Origin: Azolla caroliniana
Taxonomy: Eukaryota > Plantae > Polypodiophyta
Direction: 5' to 3'
Assembly: GCA_043228905.1 (NCBI GenBank)
Contig: JBHGNT010000018.1
Coordinates: forward strand, 7,006,001 to 7,070,000
Length of the DNA: 64,000 nucleotides
A model generated the notes under the pieces. It did no database searches, was not told where the DNA came from, and was given only the letters and a program-made list of their open reading frames with translations. This document shows positions 46,017 to 59,480 of this stretch, in pieces. The position numbers and the translations under genes were made by a program. Position 1 is the first letter of the stretch; each line of letters begins with the position of its first letter.

Positions 46017-48052
46017 CTCGGTAGCATCCTTTCTCAACCAGGAGATAAAGAAGAGTTGCATCCGGTGGCTTTCCATTCGCGCAAATTCGATGTCGCAGAA
46101 ATCAACTACGATATACATGACAAGGAGTTATTAGCCATCTTGGATTCATTTGTACAATGGCGACATTTTTTAGAGGGCTCTCCACATCAGGTCATTGTCT
46201 TTAGCGATCATAAAAATCTTGCTTATTTTCAAAACACTCGCGTACTAAATCGACGGCAAGCTCGGTGGGCGCAATTCCTCACGCGTTTCGACTTCAAAAT
46301 CACATATTGACCGGGGAAGCAGCAAGGAAAAGCAGATGCACTATCACGGCGTTCATATCTTGCACCTCGTCCTGGTGATGCAACATTTGATAATCAAAAG
46401 AAAGTAATCTTGGGACCAACACGATTGCACACGACGCGGATTTTTCACACCCCGATGGATTCACGGATTACCGATGACATACGTGCAACCTTGAAGATGG
46501 ATAGTTTTGCTCAAGACATCCTAGCGCACATTGATACTTCTCGGGCATCCTGTTCTCGGTCTCAACAACCAGGTATTGACTACCGACAATTCGAATATCA
46601 TGATGGTTTGTTATTCTTTAAAAAGCGCGTATATGTCCCCGATTGCTCTTGTCGCCTTCAAATTGTCCAACATTGTCACGACACCCATACGGCGGGACAT
46701 TTCGGTAGTACTAAGACGTTGGAGCTAGTGCAACGATCTTTTTGGTGGCCCCACATGCGCCGTTTTGTCGACGACTACGTTCGGACCTGTGATGCTTGCT
46801 ACCGAGCAAAGATGCCACGACACCATCCATATGGCTTGTTGGAACCCTTACCGATTCCAAGTAAGCCGTGGCAGTCTATTTGTCTTGATTTTATCACAGA
46901 TCTACCGGTCTCGAAGGGGTTCGATGCTATCCTAACCGTCGTCGATCGATATACGAAGATGGCACATTTTGTGCCGTGTACTAAAGCCATCACTAGCGAG
47001 GAAACCACCGCCCTTGTTATACGTGAGGTATTTCGGCATCATGGCCTCCCAGACAGTATCATCAGTGACCGAGGACCACAATTTGTCTCCAAATTTTGGC
47101 AGCATCTCTTCAAGATGCTCAAGGTCTCCTGCAATCTCTCCTCCGGCTACCATCCTCAGACCGACGGGCAGACGGAACGAACAAACCAAACGCTGGAGCA
47201 ATATCTCCGGTGTTTCCTGAGTTATCAACAGGACGATTGGGCCGAGATTCTCCACTTTGCGGAGTTTGCGTATAATAATGCTATTCCCTCCTCGACTCAG
47301 GTCTCCCCATTTTTCGCTTATACCGCTTTCCATCCTCGTTGGTCGGTGATCGACACCCCGGAGCTACCTACCAACCCTCGTGCTGAGGATCATTTGGAGA
47401 GGCTACGCAAGATCCAGATGGATCTCTCTACTCACCTTCGTCATGCTCAACACACACAGCAGACTTATGCGGATCATCATCGGATTCCCTCCTCTTTTGC
47501 CATCGGAGATCGAGTATGGCTCTTACGTCGTCACATCAAGACTACAAGACTTATGCGGATCGTCATCGAATTCCCTCCTCTTTTGCCATCGGAGATCGAG
47601 TATGGCTCTTACGTCGTGACATCAAGACTACTCGACCGTGCGACAAGTTGGATTATCGACGACTCGGTCCCTTCTGTATTACGGGTAAGATTAATGATGT
47701 CACATTCCGCCTTGATCTCCCTCCGCAGCTTTAGATACATCCGGTTTTCCATTGTTCTCTTCTTGAACCTTATAAAGCAAACACCATTCCCGATCGTGTG
47801 ACACCACCACTGCCCCCGCTGGAGTTGGACGCCGGCCCGGAGTATGAAGTTGCTGCCATCCTCGATTCCAAACTTGTTCGCAACAAACTTTATTACTTGG
47901 TCGATTGGCTCGGTTATAGTCCGAGCGAACGTACTTGGGAACCCGTCGAGCATGTTGCCAATGCACAGGATCTTCTTGTTGATTTCCACCGAAAGTATCC
48001 GGACAAACCTAGTCCGCAATTAGCGTCGACTCGTTCCACTAGTCGTCTTTAA
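46017..48052 (+). pseudogene. Chromovirus J RNase H (C-terminal part), integrase and chromodomain
   Basis: HDKELLAI, SDHKNL, HHCC, LDFIT, SDRGPQF, DGQTER, EYEVAAILDSK...TWEP; 86-bp tandem duplication at 47461-47631 shifts the frame. Confidence 0.9.
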
Positions 48053-48063
48053 GGGGGAGATAG

Positions 48064-48512
48064 TGTCATGATATGGCAAGACTTGAACCCATGACCTTAT
48101 GCTACATGGGTCGAGCTCTTACCATTAGACTATGAATTGTAATTTGCAGGATATTATTTTCATTTATGCCTTATCATAGAAAATTGATGTATATTCCAGA
48201 TCTCACTGGAACATTCTAGAAGCTTCAGGATTATTCCTAAAAACACTATAAAAGGAGGCACAAGGCATTGTTTTGAACCAAATTGGTTCAACGCCAGTCT
48301 TAAGCCTCTTAGCCGATTTGTACTTATCTTTTCACATAATATAAGAGTTGTTGTCATCATCCTTCTCTCTCTCTCTCTTTCTCGCTATCTCTCTCTCTCT
48401 TCTCTTCTCACTTTCTCTCTCGGGAATCTTACGCAGTCCCGTCCTCTTAGTACTAATAGTACTGCTCTTCTTTAGTACTAATTCCATCTCTGCTTTAGTA
48501 CTACTCCTGACA
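48064..48512 (+). repeat. 3' LTR of chromovirus J
   Basis: Direct repeat of 44322-44770. Confidence 0.95.
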
Positions 48513-49157
48513 CCTTACGCACTATGGGCGGACCGAACTACGCACAGTTCGGTGACAGGGTTTATGCTGACGGAGCTGATGTACAGACAAAAGCCGATCA
48601 TGCCGGTGGAGCGGACGGTTTCTTCGTGGGCGGTGGTAGATTGGAAGGACGAAATGAGCCGGGAGGAGTTGCTGGCGGCCCGGATTCGGCAACTCGAGCG
48701 GAGGCCAGAGGACGTGATACAGGCGAAGGCAAGGCTGCGAGCGGCAAGGGAGCGGAACAAGATCCGGTTCAACCGGACGCACCGATTGCGACCAAAGAAG
48801 ATCAAGGAAGGCGACTGGGTCTTGGTACACGACAGCAGCCTCGACAATCAGCACAAGGCGGTGCGAAAGTTTGTTAGGAGATGGTTCGGGCCCTACACGG
48901 TGATGAGCGCGAACGACAATGGCACGTACCACCTCGCGGAACTCGACAGGACATGGTTAGCGGTGCCAGTGGCCGGGAAGCGGATTAAAGCGTTCAAAAA
49001 GCAGTTCGAAGACGAGCCGGAGCCTGCGAGCGGGAGCGACAACGACGATCGGTTCGGGTCCGGCGGAGAATCGGAGAGCAACGAGTGAGGCCGGGTTTCT
49101 TCGATATCTACCCGTCTCTGGCGCATACCGGTGGATGCGTGTTTTGGTGGGGGTGGA

Positions 49158-49748
49158 TGTCGTGAAGAAAACCGGCCATAGGCGGAATCGGGGAGAAAGC
49201 GCATAAACCGGCCCTTACACGGATGGACGCGTGACTTGATATTTTGTACACGAATCGGTGGGCCTAAATACTAAGCCACGCGCATTTATTAGAGGGGGAT
49301 TGTGTGTATCCCTGTCAGAGGGGTAGGGGAATAAAGGGAAGGGAAAAGAGGAGAGAGAGGAATCGTGCGTGGGGGGAAGAAAAAGGGTTGTTGCCGAACG
49401 AAGGGAGCTCTCTTCTCCTCCGCCGGTCGTTGGTCTCTGTGGGTGTCGGGAGTTCGCTGCCTCTGCTTCGTTGACAGCCCGTATGCTTCAAGCAGAGGCT
49501 CTCCCCCTTTTGGTTCCTGGAGTTGTGTGGCAGTCGTCTATGTGTGTGAGTGGGACCCCGTGTCGGGCCCATTACCGGGTTGCCGGTTGTAACTGTTCGA
49601 GTTGTAAGCTATTGATTTTAGTAATTGGATTCTTGTTTCTCGCTCTTAACTCTTCTCTGTGTATCTCTCTCTCTCCATCTCTCTCTCCTTGGTCCAAGAC
49701 CCCCGTGGTCCCGCCTCTTTCTACATGCACGCGCGTAACAACGCGACA
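49158..49748 (+). repeat. 3' LTR of Gypsy D
   Basis: TGTCGTGAAG...ACGCGACA after PPT GGTGGGGGTGGA. Confidence 0.9.
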
Positions 49749-50962
49749 CTGGACACCCCAGAAACACCCCACGTGTACCATAGGAGGGGAACCCTATACT
49801 ATAGGTAGGAAATTTTGGTTCTCCGACAACGGAGGTTGTACGATAACTGACATTAGTGCCCGGGAGAAGAAACGGGCGGAGGGACGACTCAGGTCATGCG
49901 GAGTCCTGGGCCCCGATGATGAGATTGGTGGAGCCGTGGAGGCGGTCTCTTTCCATGACACCTTAGGGGAGTTAAAGAAGGTGTTCAAAGAAGGCCTCAG
50001 CGAAAACCGAACGATTCCAGTTAGTTTAAAAATGATGTACGAAGTCATCGCCGACTTCGGGGAGAGGGTCGAGTTGTATCGGATGACCTATGTGCATACG
50101 AAGCACAAGGCTGTGGACCGGAAGGTGAGGCCAGTCGTGACACCCTTCCCGGAGGGCTGCGAGTTACGAATGAAAGGGGTCGCGTTGGACCCAAGTTTAC
50201 GAGATCCGACCGGCATAGGACACTGGTTCACCGACATAACGCTATGACAGCTCAAGGTCGGTGGGGGTGTCTTTCTACTCCCGGCGGAGGATGGCTGGTT
50301 TTGGGGAATGCTCCAAAGGCACGGGAGGGCCTTCGCATTCATGCCAGGGCAGATCGGATGCGTTGACCCAACAATCGTTGAACCAATGGTGATCTTCACG
50401 GTACCGCATGTATCGTGGAATCTCAAGCCGATTCCGGTGCCGAGAGCTCACATCCCGAAGTTGATGGAGCTACTGAAGTAGAAGGTGGAAATGGGCATCC
50501 TCGAACCGTCGAGTGCCCCATACTCGAATCGGTGGTTTACCGTGCCAAAGAAGAACGGCGCGTTGCGCTTTATTCAGGACATGCAGCTGGTCAACAAGGT
50601 GACCATTCGGAACGCAGGAATCAGATCGACCATTGACGAGTTCGCGGAGGCCTTCGCCGGAAGGTCGATTTACTCGGTCAGGGATCTGTACTCAGGGTAT
50701 GACCAATTCCAACTAGCCGTGGAGAGCAGGGATATCACGACGATGAGGACTCCTCTCGGCTTAGTACGAATGTGTACCCTGCAGCAAGGAGGGACAAACT
50801 CGGTGGCGCATATGGTGAACGCAATGAACAAAGTGTTGAGGGATTGACAAACCGTCTCCGGCAAAGGTTGAAGCCATTTCCCCGATGAAGGAGGAGTGCA
50901 AGTTGGTAACAGAGGTGCGGAGGTTCCTGGGGGCGTGTGCGTTCTACCACATCTGGGTTCCG

Positions 50963-51197
50963 CAAGGTGCTTATATAGCAAGGGCCTTAACTTTCCTATC
51001 TATGTGGGATAGTTCTTATTTCCCTATCTAATCAAACTTTATTTTCACATAACTTGATATGTATTTCTCCATTTTGTATATAGTAAAATATATTTTGAAG
51101 CTCTTGAGTATATCCATCTTTTTATAGTAAGCTACTAATCTAATCTATAATAATTATTTCATTATTTTTTACATAGTATGTGAAGATTCACACGACA
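50963..51197 (-). repeat. Truncated copy of the LTR I end
   Basis: Near-identical to 43277-43512 and ending CACGACA; left side lost in a deletion. Confidence 0.88.
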
Positions 51198-51977
51198 ACG
51201 GGAATCTGTGGAAGCATCCGAAGAAGAGAGGCGGCGTCCCACTACGAGTAGTGGCAGGAAAGGAGGAGCGGGAGATGCTGCTTGCAGCGTACCACGAGAG
51301 TCCTTGGGATGGTCACCGCGGGACTTGGGCCACATTCGAGAAGCTAAAGGAGAAGTATTGGTGGCCGGGGTGATATCAGGATGTGCAACGGTACGTGACG
51401 ACGTGCGAGAGTTGCCAGATGCACTCCACGATCCAGCATCAAGACGAGCTACACCCGATCGACCCCCCAACCATCCATTTCAAGTGGATGGTAGATTTGG
51501 TGCCGATGCCGATGGGGGTAGGACGGATGTGGTACCTGGTACTGGCGCGAGAAGACTTGATGAACCAAGTGGAGGGCTACGCATTGCAGAATAAGACGAC
51601 CGCGGCGGTGTGCCGATTCTTGATCGAGGAGGTGGTGTGCTAGTACGGGTGCATAGGAAAGATCATGGTAGATCAGGGGGAGTTGGATGTGCAGGAAGTC
51701 AAAGAGCTGTTCGATCGGTTAGGGGTCAAGCTCTCCCTCACTACGGCGTACAACCCAGAGGCGAACGGGAAGATAGAACGAGGGCATGACCCAATAGTGA
51801 AGGCGTTGGTGTGAGCGTGTGAAGGGCAGGTCGGAAAAATGTTGCGGCTTCTACCTTACGCGATGTGGGAGGATCGAACTATGCACAATTCAGTGATCGG
51901 GTTTATGCTGGCGGTGTTGATGTACGAGCAAAAACCAATTATGCCGATGGAGTGGGCAATCACTTCGTGGGCCGCGG

Positions 51978-52622
51978 TGTCGTGAAGAAAACCGTCCACA
52001 AGCGGAATCGGTGCACCGGGGCGTAGGAACCGGCTCTTCATGCCCGTACGCCTTATATTGTACATAAGGGAGAATTAGGTACATAGGAGATCCTAGGTAG
52101 ATAGATTTAGTGGGTAGGAAGTAAAGGGGAAATGGCTCCTTCCTTGCCTATAAAAGGAGGGAGACAAGAAGGGGGATGGGATCATGTTTTAGAGAGAGGA
52201 CGAAGTGTTGTCGGATTGCGTGCCGAAGGCTTCTCTCTCTTCCATACTCTGTAGTTCCTTTCTTTGCAGGTTTCGGGAGGCTCGCGCTGCTCTGAGGAAT
52301 GCCCGAGTGCTTCCGGCAGCACCTCCATCCTACTCCTTTCTTTCTGAGCGTTTACGAACAGGCATCGGCATCTGTTCGCCGGTCTGTTCGGTTGTAACCG
52401 AACTCGTGTTTCTTGTTGTTTGTCTCTGATAATGTATACATACATAACTTCGTGTCTCTCTGTGTCGGTTTCCCGCTCGCGTCTTGTGTCGAAGGGCCGT
52501 GTCCCTGTGAATCTACGCTCGCACGTAGTGGGTCTCTTCCCTTCTCCTTTCTCTCTTGCTCTTCGGTACAAGACCCCCGAGGTCCCGCCTCATTCCACGC
52601 ATCCGCGAGGAATACCTCGACA
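51978..52622 (+). repeat. 5' LTR of Gypsy E
   Basis: Direct repeat of 58307-58951. Confidence 0.95.
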
Positions 52623-52665
52623 TCTTGGTGAACCCGACGTGAAGGAGGCGGCAGAAGAGCAGAAG

Positions 52666-54752
52666 ATGAAAGGGTCGGATCTTGCAGAGGCCATGGCTTC
52701 GGCCGTGGATCGGATATTGAGTGCACGCGAGGGCACCGGCGCCCTCGACAGAGCCATTGAGGGGGTCGTCGGTACGATCGGCCGGTTCAGCGGAAAGGAT
52801 GCCACAAAGTATTTGGCGTCCTATGGGGCAGAAATGCTGATGCGGGACATTCCGGAAGAGAGGCATCTTGCCGGTTTTCCTCGAGTGGCGATGCCGAGCA
52901 TCCATGCGGAGGTGCTCGAGGTGCGGGCGGAGAGCCGTACCTGGGAGGAGTTCGAAGGACGACTCCTAGAAAAATACGGGCTGGACGACGCGCTCCGGCT
53001 TTCGAAACGGGACTTCATGCAATGGGTGGAGTCCCTCGGCAAGGGAAGAAACGCGTCGGCACTCCTCCGGGAGTTTGAAGAACGACTTGCGCGCCTTTCG
53101 GCGCTTGACCGAACTGTTCTGGATACGAGCCGGGTCCTACTGTTCGTCAAGTCGGTGGACGAGCGGGACAGGGATCAAGTCGGCTCCTATCTGGAAACCG
53201 AAGACGGGCTGACAACCGACTGGGCTGCGGTTAAGAGAGTCTGTGGCCGTTTCGACAAACGGCGAGAGTGGGCTGACAACGGGGCGGCCGGTGCGGGCTC
53301 TGTCACAGCAAGGAGGCTTGAACCGGCACCGCAAGTGCGAAGGGAAGAAACCCGGGAATGGCTCGAAACCGGTCCGGCTTCGACCGACATGGTCAATGGC
53401 TCGTCCGGAGGAGCAGCGCTGGAGGAGTTGACGCGGCGATAAAGGATCTCCAGATCGCCCAAACTCGAAGGGAAGGCGGAGAACCGGCTCGTGACCGACA
53501 GCCGGTAGCGGGGAACAGGTGCATGTGGTGCGACGAGGTTGGCCACATTTGGAAGGACTGCGGCGATTTCGTAGAGGTGTTGAGGAACCGGGTGGTGTAC
53601 CTGTGGGAAGGCCGGGTGCACGCCGGCGACACCAGGAGGGCCCTGAACCGAAACGACGGGCGAGGAGGTATGAAGAGACTGATGGAAGAGGCAGCGGCCC
53701 GACACGTGGAGGCCATCCACTACTCGGCGTCGGCCAGTATTCGGGTCGGGGGCAGCGAGGCCCGAAAGGACAGCAAAGACGGTTTCTGGTTGGCAATGCT
53801 GGAAGGCATCGCCGGCGCACGGCTGAGGAAAGATGAAACAGACCGCGCTAAGAGACGGGTCCGGGAAGTAACCGGGTGGAGCGACCCGGTCGAGGAGAAG
53901 ACGGGCTTCGTAGAAGCCACCTGCCGGAACTACGAGGCTCTAGTGGAAGACAAACGAGTGGGGAAAGCCGGAGCGGCCGGGCCCTCACAACGATACGAGA
54001 CCCGATTCGGGCAACGACGGAACGATGCTAGTCGGTCCAGCGCGCAAGATAACCCCAGGAAGGGCGGATACCGACTGGGGACGGACCTACGAAAGGTCCT
54101 AGAAGAACGGATCCTCGACAGCAAAGTGGAGCTATCATTGCGGGAGGTGCTAGGGATCGCCAAGAAGGAGTTCCACGATTCCATTGTGGACCTGGTGAAA
54201 CGGAAGAGGCTGTCGACGGAGACGGAACCGGAAAGACTGGTGGAGGTGCGGACGACGCACATCGACGACATGGCGCTGGAAGATGAGTGGGCAGAGAGCC
54301 ACTATTCAAAGCCGCACTGGGCCCGAGCGACCACGGAGACCCCGGTGAAGATCGAAGATGTTCAGGAACCGGTGGTGGCATTGGTGAACCACGGTTCGGA
54401 CTTCTATAAGAAGGGGAAGTGGCCGATCAACACCAAGCACGGTTGGAAGATACGGGCGGCGACGCGCGCCACCGAGGAACTGCACGGGGCTTGCCCGAAT
54501 GTGCGAGTCAAGATCGGCAACGTCGAGATTGACCAGCACTTCTTCGTACAGGAGACGTCCTCGCACCTGGTCATTTTAGGGGAACCATACATCATAGCGG
54601 CACGAATGGAGACCAAGGTGCTAGACAACGGTTCGGCCTACGCGAGGGTCAAAAGCCAGAACGGGCGCCATTCGGTCCAATTTCTGACGGTGCGACCGAA
54701 CCACGAGCGAAACCGCGAATCCCTCGGTGGCGAGAACCGGGAGGATTTTTAG
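52666..54752 (+). pseudogene. Gypsy E gag-protease, one frameshift near 53435
   Basis: ORFs 52420-53442 and 53358-54752; CCHC knuckle; ends ENREDF*. Confidence 0.88.
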
Positions 54753-57700
54753 AGAGGGCTTCCAAGGCGTGGGGCCGAGACAGTCCAGACACTTGGGAAA
54801 GACCCCACAGTTGTACGATAGAACAGAAACCGAAAAAACCTTGTACGATAGGTAGGAAATTTTGCTTCTCCAACAACGGAGGGTGTATGCTAGTCGGCAT
54901 CGTTGGCCGAGAAAAGGCAAGGGCAGAAGTGCAACTTCGATCGTGCGGAGTTCTCGGCCCGGACGAGGAAAACAGCGGAGCTGTGGAGGCGGTCTCCTTC
55001 GACGACACCCTGGGGATGCTGAGGAAGGTAGCCAGAGAAGACCTTAAGGAAGCCCGGACGATACCGGTATGTTCCGAAGAGATGTACGAAGTCATCGCGA
55101 ACTTCAGTCAGGGGCTCGAGTCGGATCGGATGGCCCGAGTTAGCACGAAGTACAAGACTGTGGACCGGAAGGTAAGGCCCGTCGCGGCACCCTTACCGGA
55201 GGGCAGCGAGTCCCGAATCAGAGGGGTTGCGTCGGACCCCAGTTTGCGAGATCCGGTCTGCATAGGACACACCTTCATCGACGGGACGCTCCGGGAGCTC
55301 AAAATCAATGGGGGCGGGTTCCTACTGCCGGCGGAGGAAGACCGGTTTCGGAGAATGCTCGGGAGGCACAGTAAGGCCTTCACATTCTCACCGCAAGAGA
55401 TCGGGTGCGTAGACCCGACGATCGTGGAGACGATCGTGATATTCACGGTACCGCATGTGCCGTGGAATCTCAAGCCGATTCCGGTACCGAGAGCTCACAT
55501 CCCGAAGTTGATGGAGCTATTGAGGCAGAAAGTAGATATGGGGATTCTCGAACCATCGAGTGCCCCATACTCGAACCGATGGTTTACCGTACGAAAGAAA
55601 AACGGAACATTGCGCTTCATTCCGGACCTGCAGCTGGTCAACAGAGTGACCATTCGGAACGCAGGAATCGGACTGACCATAGACGAGTTCGCGGAGGCCT
55701 TCGTCGGAAGGTCGATTTACTCGGTCGGTGATCTATACTCGGGGTACGACCAGTTCCAGCTAGCCGTGGAGAGCAGAGACATTACGACGATGCGGACTCC
55801 CCTCGGCCTAGTGCGCATGTGTACCCTGCCACAAGGAGGGACCAACTCGGTGGCCCACATGGTGAATGCAATGAACAAGGTACTGAGGGATTGCATCCCG
55901 GATGTCACCATGCCGTTTCTAAAGGACATCCCGATCAAGGGGTGCCCGGTGGAAGAGAAGGACGAGACACTCGGGCCGGACGGATGCCGGCGATTCGTGG
56001 CAGCACACATCGACGACTGCGAGAAGGTGCTACAAAGGCTAGAGGATGCGAGGCTCACCTTCTCCGGGAGAAATCGGCCTTCGGGCAATCAAAAATCCTG
56101 GTGGTCGGACACCTATGTGGACCATATGGCCGGAAGCCGTCTCCGGCAAAGGTAGAAGCCATCTCCGCGATGAAGACTGACTGTAGCTCGGTTACGGAAG
56201 TTCGGAGGTTACTGGGGGCGTGCGCGTTCTACCACATATGGATCCCGAATTACACCCACGTTGCGGAGTCGCTATATGGGTTGCTGAAGAAGGGACGAAA
56301 ATTCGAGTGGCGAGACGAGCACACAGAGTCAGTTCGGAAGCTAAAGGAAGCTCTTGCGGCAGCACCGGCGCTCCGGAAGACTGTCTACGAGAAGGGTACC
56401 CCGGTATGCATAATGGTGGATACGAGCCCGACCGGGATTGGATGGGTCGTCAACCAAGAAGACCAGGATGGCATTCGGTTCCCGATCCGATTCGTCGCGA
56501 AGGTCCTCAGTGAGCGACAGCGAGGGTACGCCCAGGTTAAACGCGAACTCTAGGGTATCGTTTCAGTAGTAAAGGCCGACAAAGACTACCTGATCAGGAC
56601 AGAAGTGGTTATCGAGACGGATTGCCTGCCAATTCTCGGCATGGTTTCTGGATGCGCGACACCAGACCTGGCGATGCTCTGGTGGATAGCGTACATCAAG
56701 TCCCTGGACCCGGAAATACGACACATTTCCGGAAAGGACAACGCCATGGCCGACATGCTTTCGAGGGCGAGGTTTGATGACGAGGGCGGCATGGTTTCGG
56801 AGGACGAAGAAGTCAGCGTGGACTTCTTCGAGGCAACGTACGTGACAACCGATGGGGCGCTTAACGGCTTCGACGAGAGCAAGTACGACGGCGAGTGGCT
56901 ACAGATCGGTGGGTTCTTAAGGACCATGACGCCGGATGCGTCATGGACGAGGGACGAGACCAGCCGGATCCGAAAGAAAGCATACCGATTCTTTCTCCAG
57001 GACGGATACTTATGGAAGCACCTGAAGAAAAGGAACGGCGTCCCGCTCCGGGTGGTGATGATGAAGGAAGAACAGGAGGGGCTGCTGACGGCCTACCACG
57101 ACAGCCCTTGGGCTGGACACCGTGGAACGTGGGCCACGTTTGAGAAGAGAAAGGGGAAGTACTGGTGACCGGGACTGTACCGGGACGTGCATCGGTTTGT
57201 GAGAACTTGCGAGAGCTGCCAGATGCACTCCGTAGTCCGACATCGGGACGAGCTTCACCCTACGTACCCTCCGACCATCCACTTCAAATGGATGGTAGAT
57301 CTGGTGACGATGCCGATGGGAGTAGGACAGATGCGGTATCTGGTCCTGGCTCGGGAAGATCTGACGAACCAGGTGGAGGGCCGAGCCCTTCAGAACAAAA
57401 CGACCGCGATCGTATGTCGGTTCCTGATCGAGGACGTGATATGCCGGTACGGGTGCGTCGGGAAGATCGTCGCTGATCGCGGGGAGTTGGACGCCGAAGA
57501 GGCCGAGGAGCTGTTCGACCGGTTAGGAGTCAAGCTCTCGCTTACCACTGCGTACAATCCGGAGGCGAATGGGAAGGTGGAGCGCGGGTACGGACCGATC
57601 GTCAAGGCGTTAGTTCGGGCATGCGGAGGGCAAGTCGGGAATTCGCCGCGGCTGCTGCCTTACGCGTTGTGGGCTGACCGAACTACGCACAGTTCGGTAA

Positions 57701-58233
57701 CCGGATTCATGCCGGCAGAGCTCATGTTTGGGCAGAAGTCGATCATGCCGATGGAACGTACGATCTCCTCATGGGCAACCGTGGACTGGAGAGATGAGAT
57801 GAGTCGGGAGGAACTGTTGACGGCGCGCATACGACAGCTCTAGCGAAGGTCGGAGGACGTGGAGCAGGCTGCGGGAAGGCTTCGGGTGGCAAGGACGAGG
57901 AACAAAGCCCAGTTCCACCGAACGCACCGGCTCCGACCGAAGAAGATCGAGGAAGGCGACTAGGTGCTAGTTTACGACAACAGCCTCGACAACCAGCACC
58001 AAGCGACACGAAAGTTCGCAAGAAGGTGGTTCGGGCCTTACGTGGTACAAAGCGCCAACGACAATGGGACGTACCATCTGGCAGAACTCGACGGTACGAG
58101 AATGGCGATACCGGTAGCTGGGAAGCGGATCAAAGCGTTCAAGAAGCGTCATGACGACGAGCCGGATACGGTTAACCTGGACCGCGACGATGAACGATCC
58201 GAAACCGAGGAAGAACCGACGGGAGGGGAATGA
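54749..58233 (+). pseudogene. Gypsy E pol (RT-RH-IN) with stops and a frameshift
   Basis: ORFs 54887, 55819, 56605, 57187 and 57964. Confidence 0.9.
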
Positions 58234-58306
58234 AGGCTGGACTTGTTTCCTCTGTCCCAACTCAATTTGGCGCATGCCAGAGGATGCGCGGTTAGGTGAG
58301 GGCGGA

Positions 58307-58951
58307 TGTCGTGAAGAAAACCGTCCACAAGCAGAATCGGTGCACCGGGGCGTAGGAACCAGCTCTTCATGCCCGTACGCCTTATATTGTACATAAGGGA
58401 GAATTAGGTACATAGGAGATCCTAGATAGGTAGATTTAGTGGGTAGGAAGTAAAGGGGAAATGGCTCCTTCCTTGCCTATAAAAGGAGGGAGACGAGAAG
58501 GGGGATGGGATCGCGTTTTAGAGAGAGGACGAAGTGCTATCGGATTGCGTGCCAAAGGCTTCTCTCTCTTCCATACTCTGTAGTTCCTTTCTGTGTAGGT
58601 TTCGGGAGGCTCGCGCTATTCTGAGGAATGCCCGAGTGCTTCTGGCAGCACCTCCATCCTACTCCTTTCTTTGTGAGCGTTTACGAACAGGCATCGGCAT
58701 CTGTTCGCCGGCCTGTTCGGTTGTAACCGAACTCGTGTTTCTTGTTGTTTGTCTCTGATAATATATACATACATAACTTCGTGTCTCTCTGTGTCGGTTT
58801 CCCGCTTGCGTCTTGTGTCGAAGGGCCGTGTCCCTGTGAATCTACGCTCGCACTTAGTGGGTCTCTTCCCTTCTCCTTTCTCTCTTGCTCTTCGGTACAA
58901 GACCCCCGAGGTCCCGCATCATTCCACGCATCCGCGAGGAATACCTCGACA
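58307..58951 (+). repeat. 3' LTR of Gypsy E
   Basis: Direct repeat of 51978-52622. Confidence 0.95.
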
Positions 58952-59480
58952 GCGGTGGATTGGAGGAGTGAAATGAGCCAGGAAGGGTTGTTGGCGGCGC
59001 AGATTCGACAGCTTGAACGAAGATTGGAGGATGTAGAGCAAGCAAGGGAGAAGCTGCGCACGACGCAGGAAAGGAACAAGGGCCGGTTCGACCGGACACA
59101 CCGGCTCCGGCCGAAGAAGATTGAAGAAGGCGATTGGGTGCTGGTATACGACAATAGCCTTGACAATTAGCACAAAGCAGTGCGAAAATTTGCAAAGAGA
59201 TGGTTCGGGCCCTACGCTGTGACGAGCACTAACGACAATGGCATGTACCATCTCGCGGAACTTGACGAGACGCGGATAACTATGCCAGTAGCAGGGAAGA
59301 GGATCAAAGTATTTAAGAAGCAGCACAAGGACGAACTGAACCCGGCAAGCCCGGACAATGGTGACGATTGCAGTAGCGCGGACAATGAGTCGGAGAATGA
59401 AAGGTGATTACGGGCCGGTCTTCTTTGGAAATTGCTGTGTTTGGCACTTACCGGAGGACGTGCGGTTTGGTGGGGGTGGA

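Larger units (their letters stand above)
44322..48512 (+). mobile_element. Chromodomain Gypsy J (Tcn1-like), PR-RT deleted
   Basis: 449-bp LTRs 44322-44770 and 48064-48512; 5-bp TSD CCTTA (44317-44321, 48513-48517); PPT AAGGGGGAGATAG 48051-48063. Confidence 0.93.
39982..49088 (+). pseudogene. Gypsy D pol (RT-RH-IN), split by solo LTR I and chromovirus J
   Basis: ORFs 40206, 40577, 41321, 43495, 44032 and the tail of 48348-49088; GNT|PALNEF and RLLP|YALWAD rejoin across the insertions. Confidence 0.88.
11355..49748 (+). mobile_element. Gypsy D (tRNA-Trp lineage) inserted in C; hosts F, H, I and J
   Basis: Partial 5' LTR 11355-11742 matches 3' LTR 49158-49748; TSD CCGG (11351-11354) / CTGG (49749-49752); gag from 32413, pol to 49088, PPT at 49144-49157. 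Confidence 0.85.
51978..58951 (+). mobile_element. Gypsy E, same family as B, full length but mutated
   Basis: 645-bp LTRs 51978-52622 and 58307-58951; 4-bp TSD GCGG (51974-51977, 58952-58955); Trp PBS 52626-52643. Confidence 0.94.
49749..59407 (+). pseudogene. Gypsy C pol remnants (RT 49749-50845, internal deletions, IN 51198-51977 and 58952-59407)
   Basis: CTIGRKFWFSDNGG, ILEPSSAPYSNRWF, FKWMVDLV; SWAA|VDWR rejoins across E. Confidence 0.82.
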
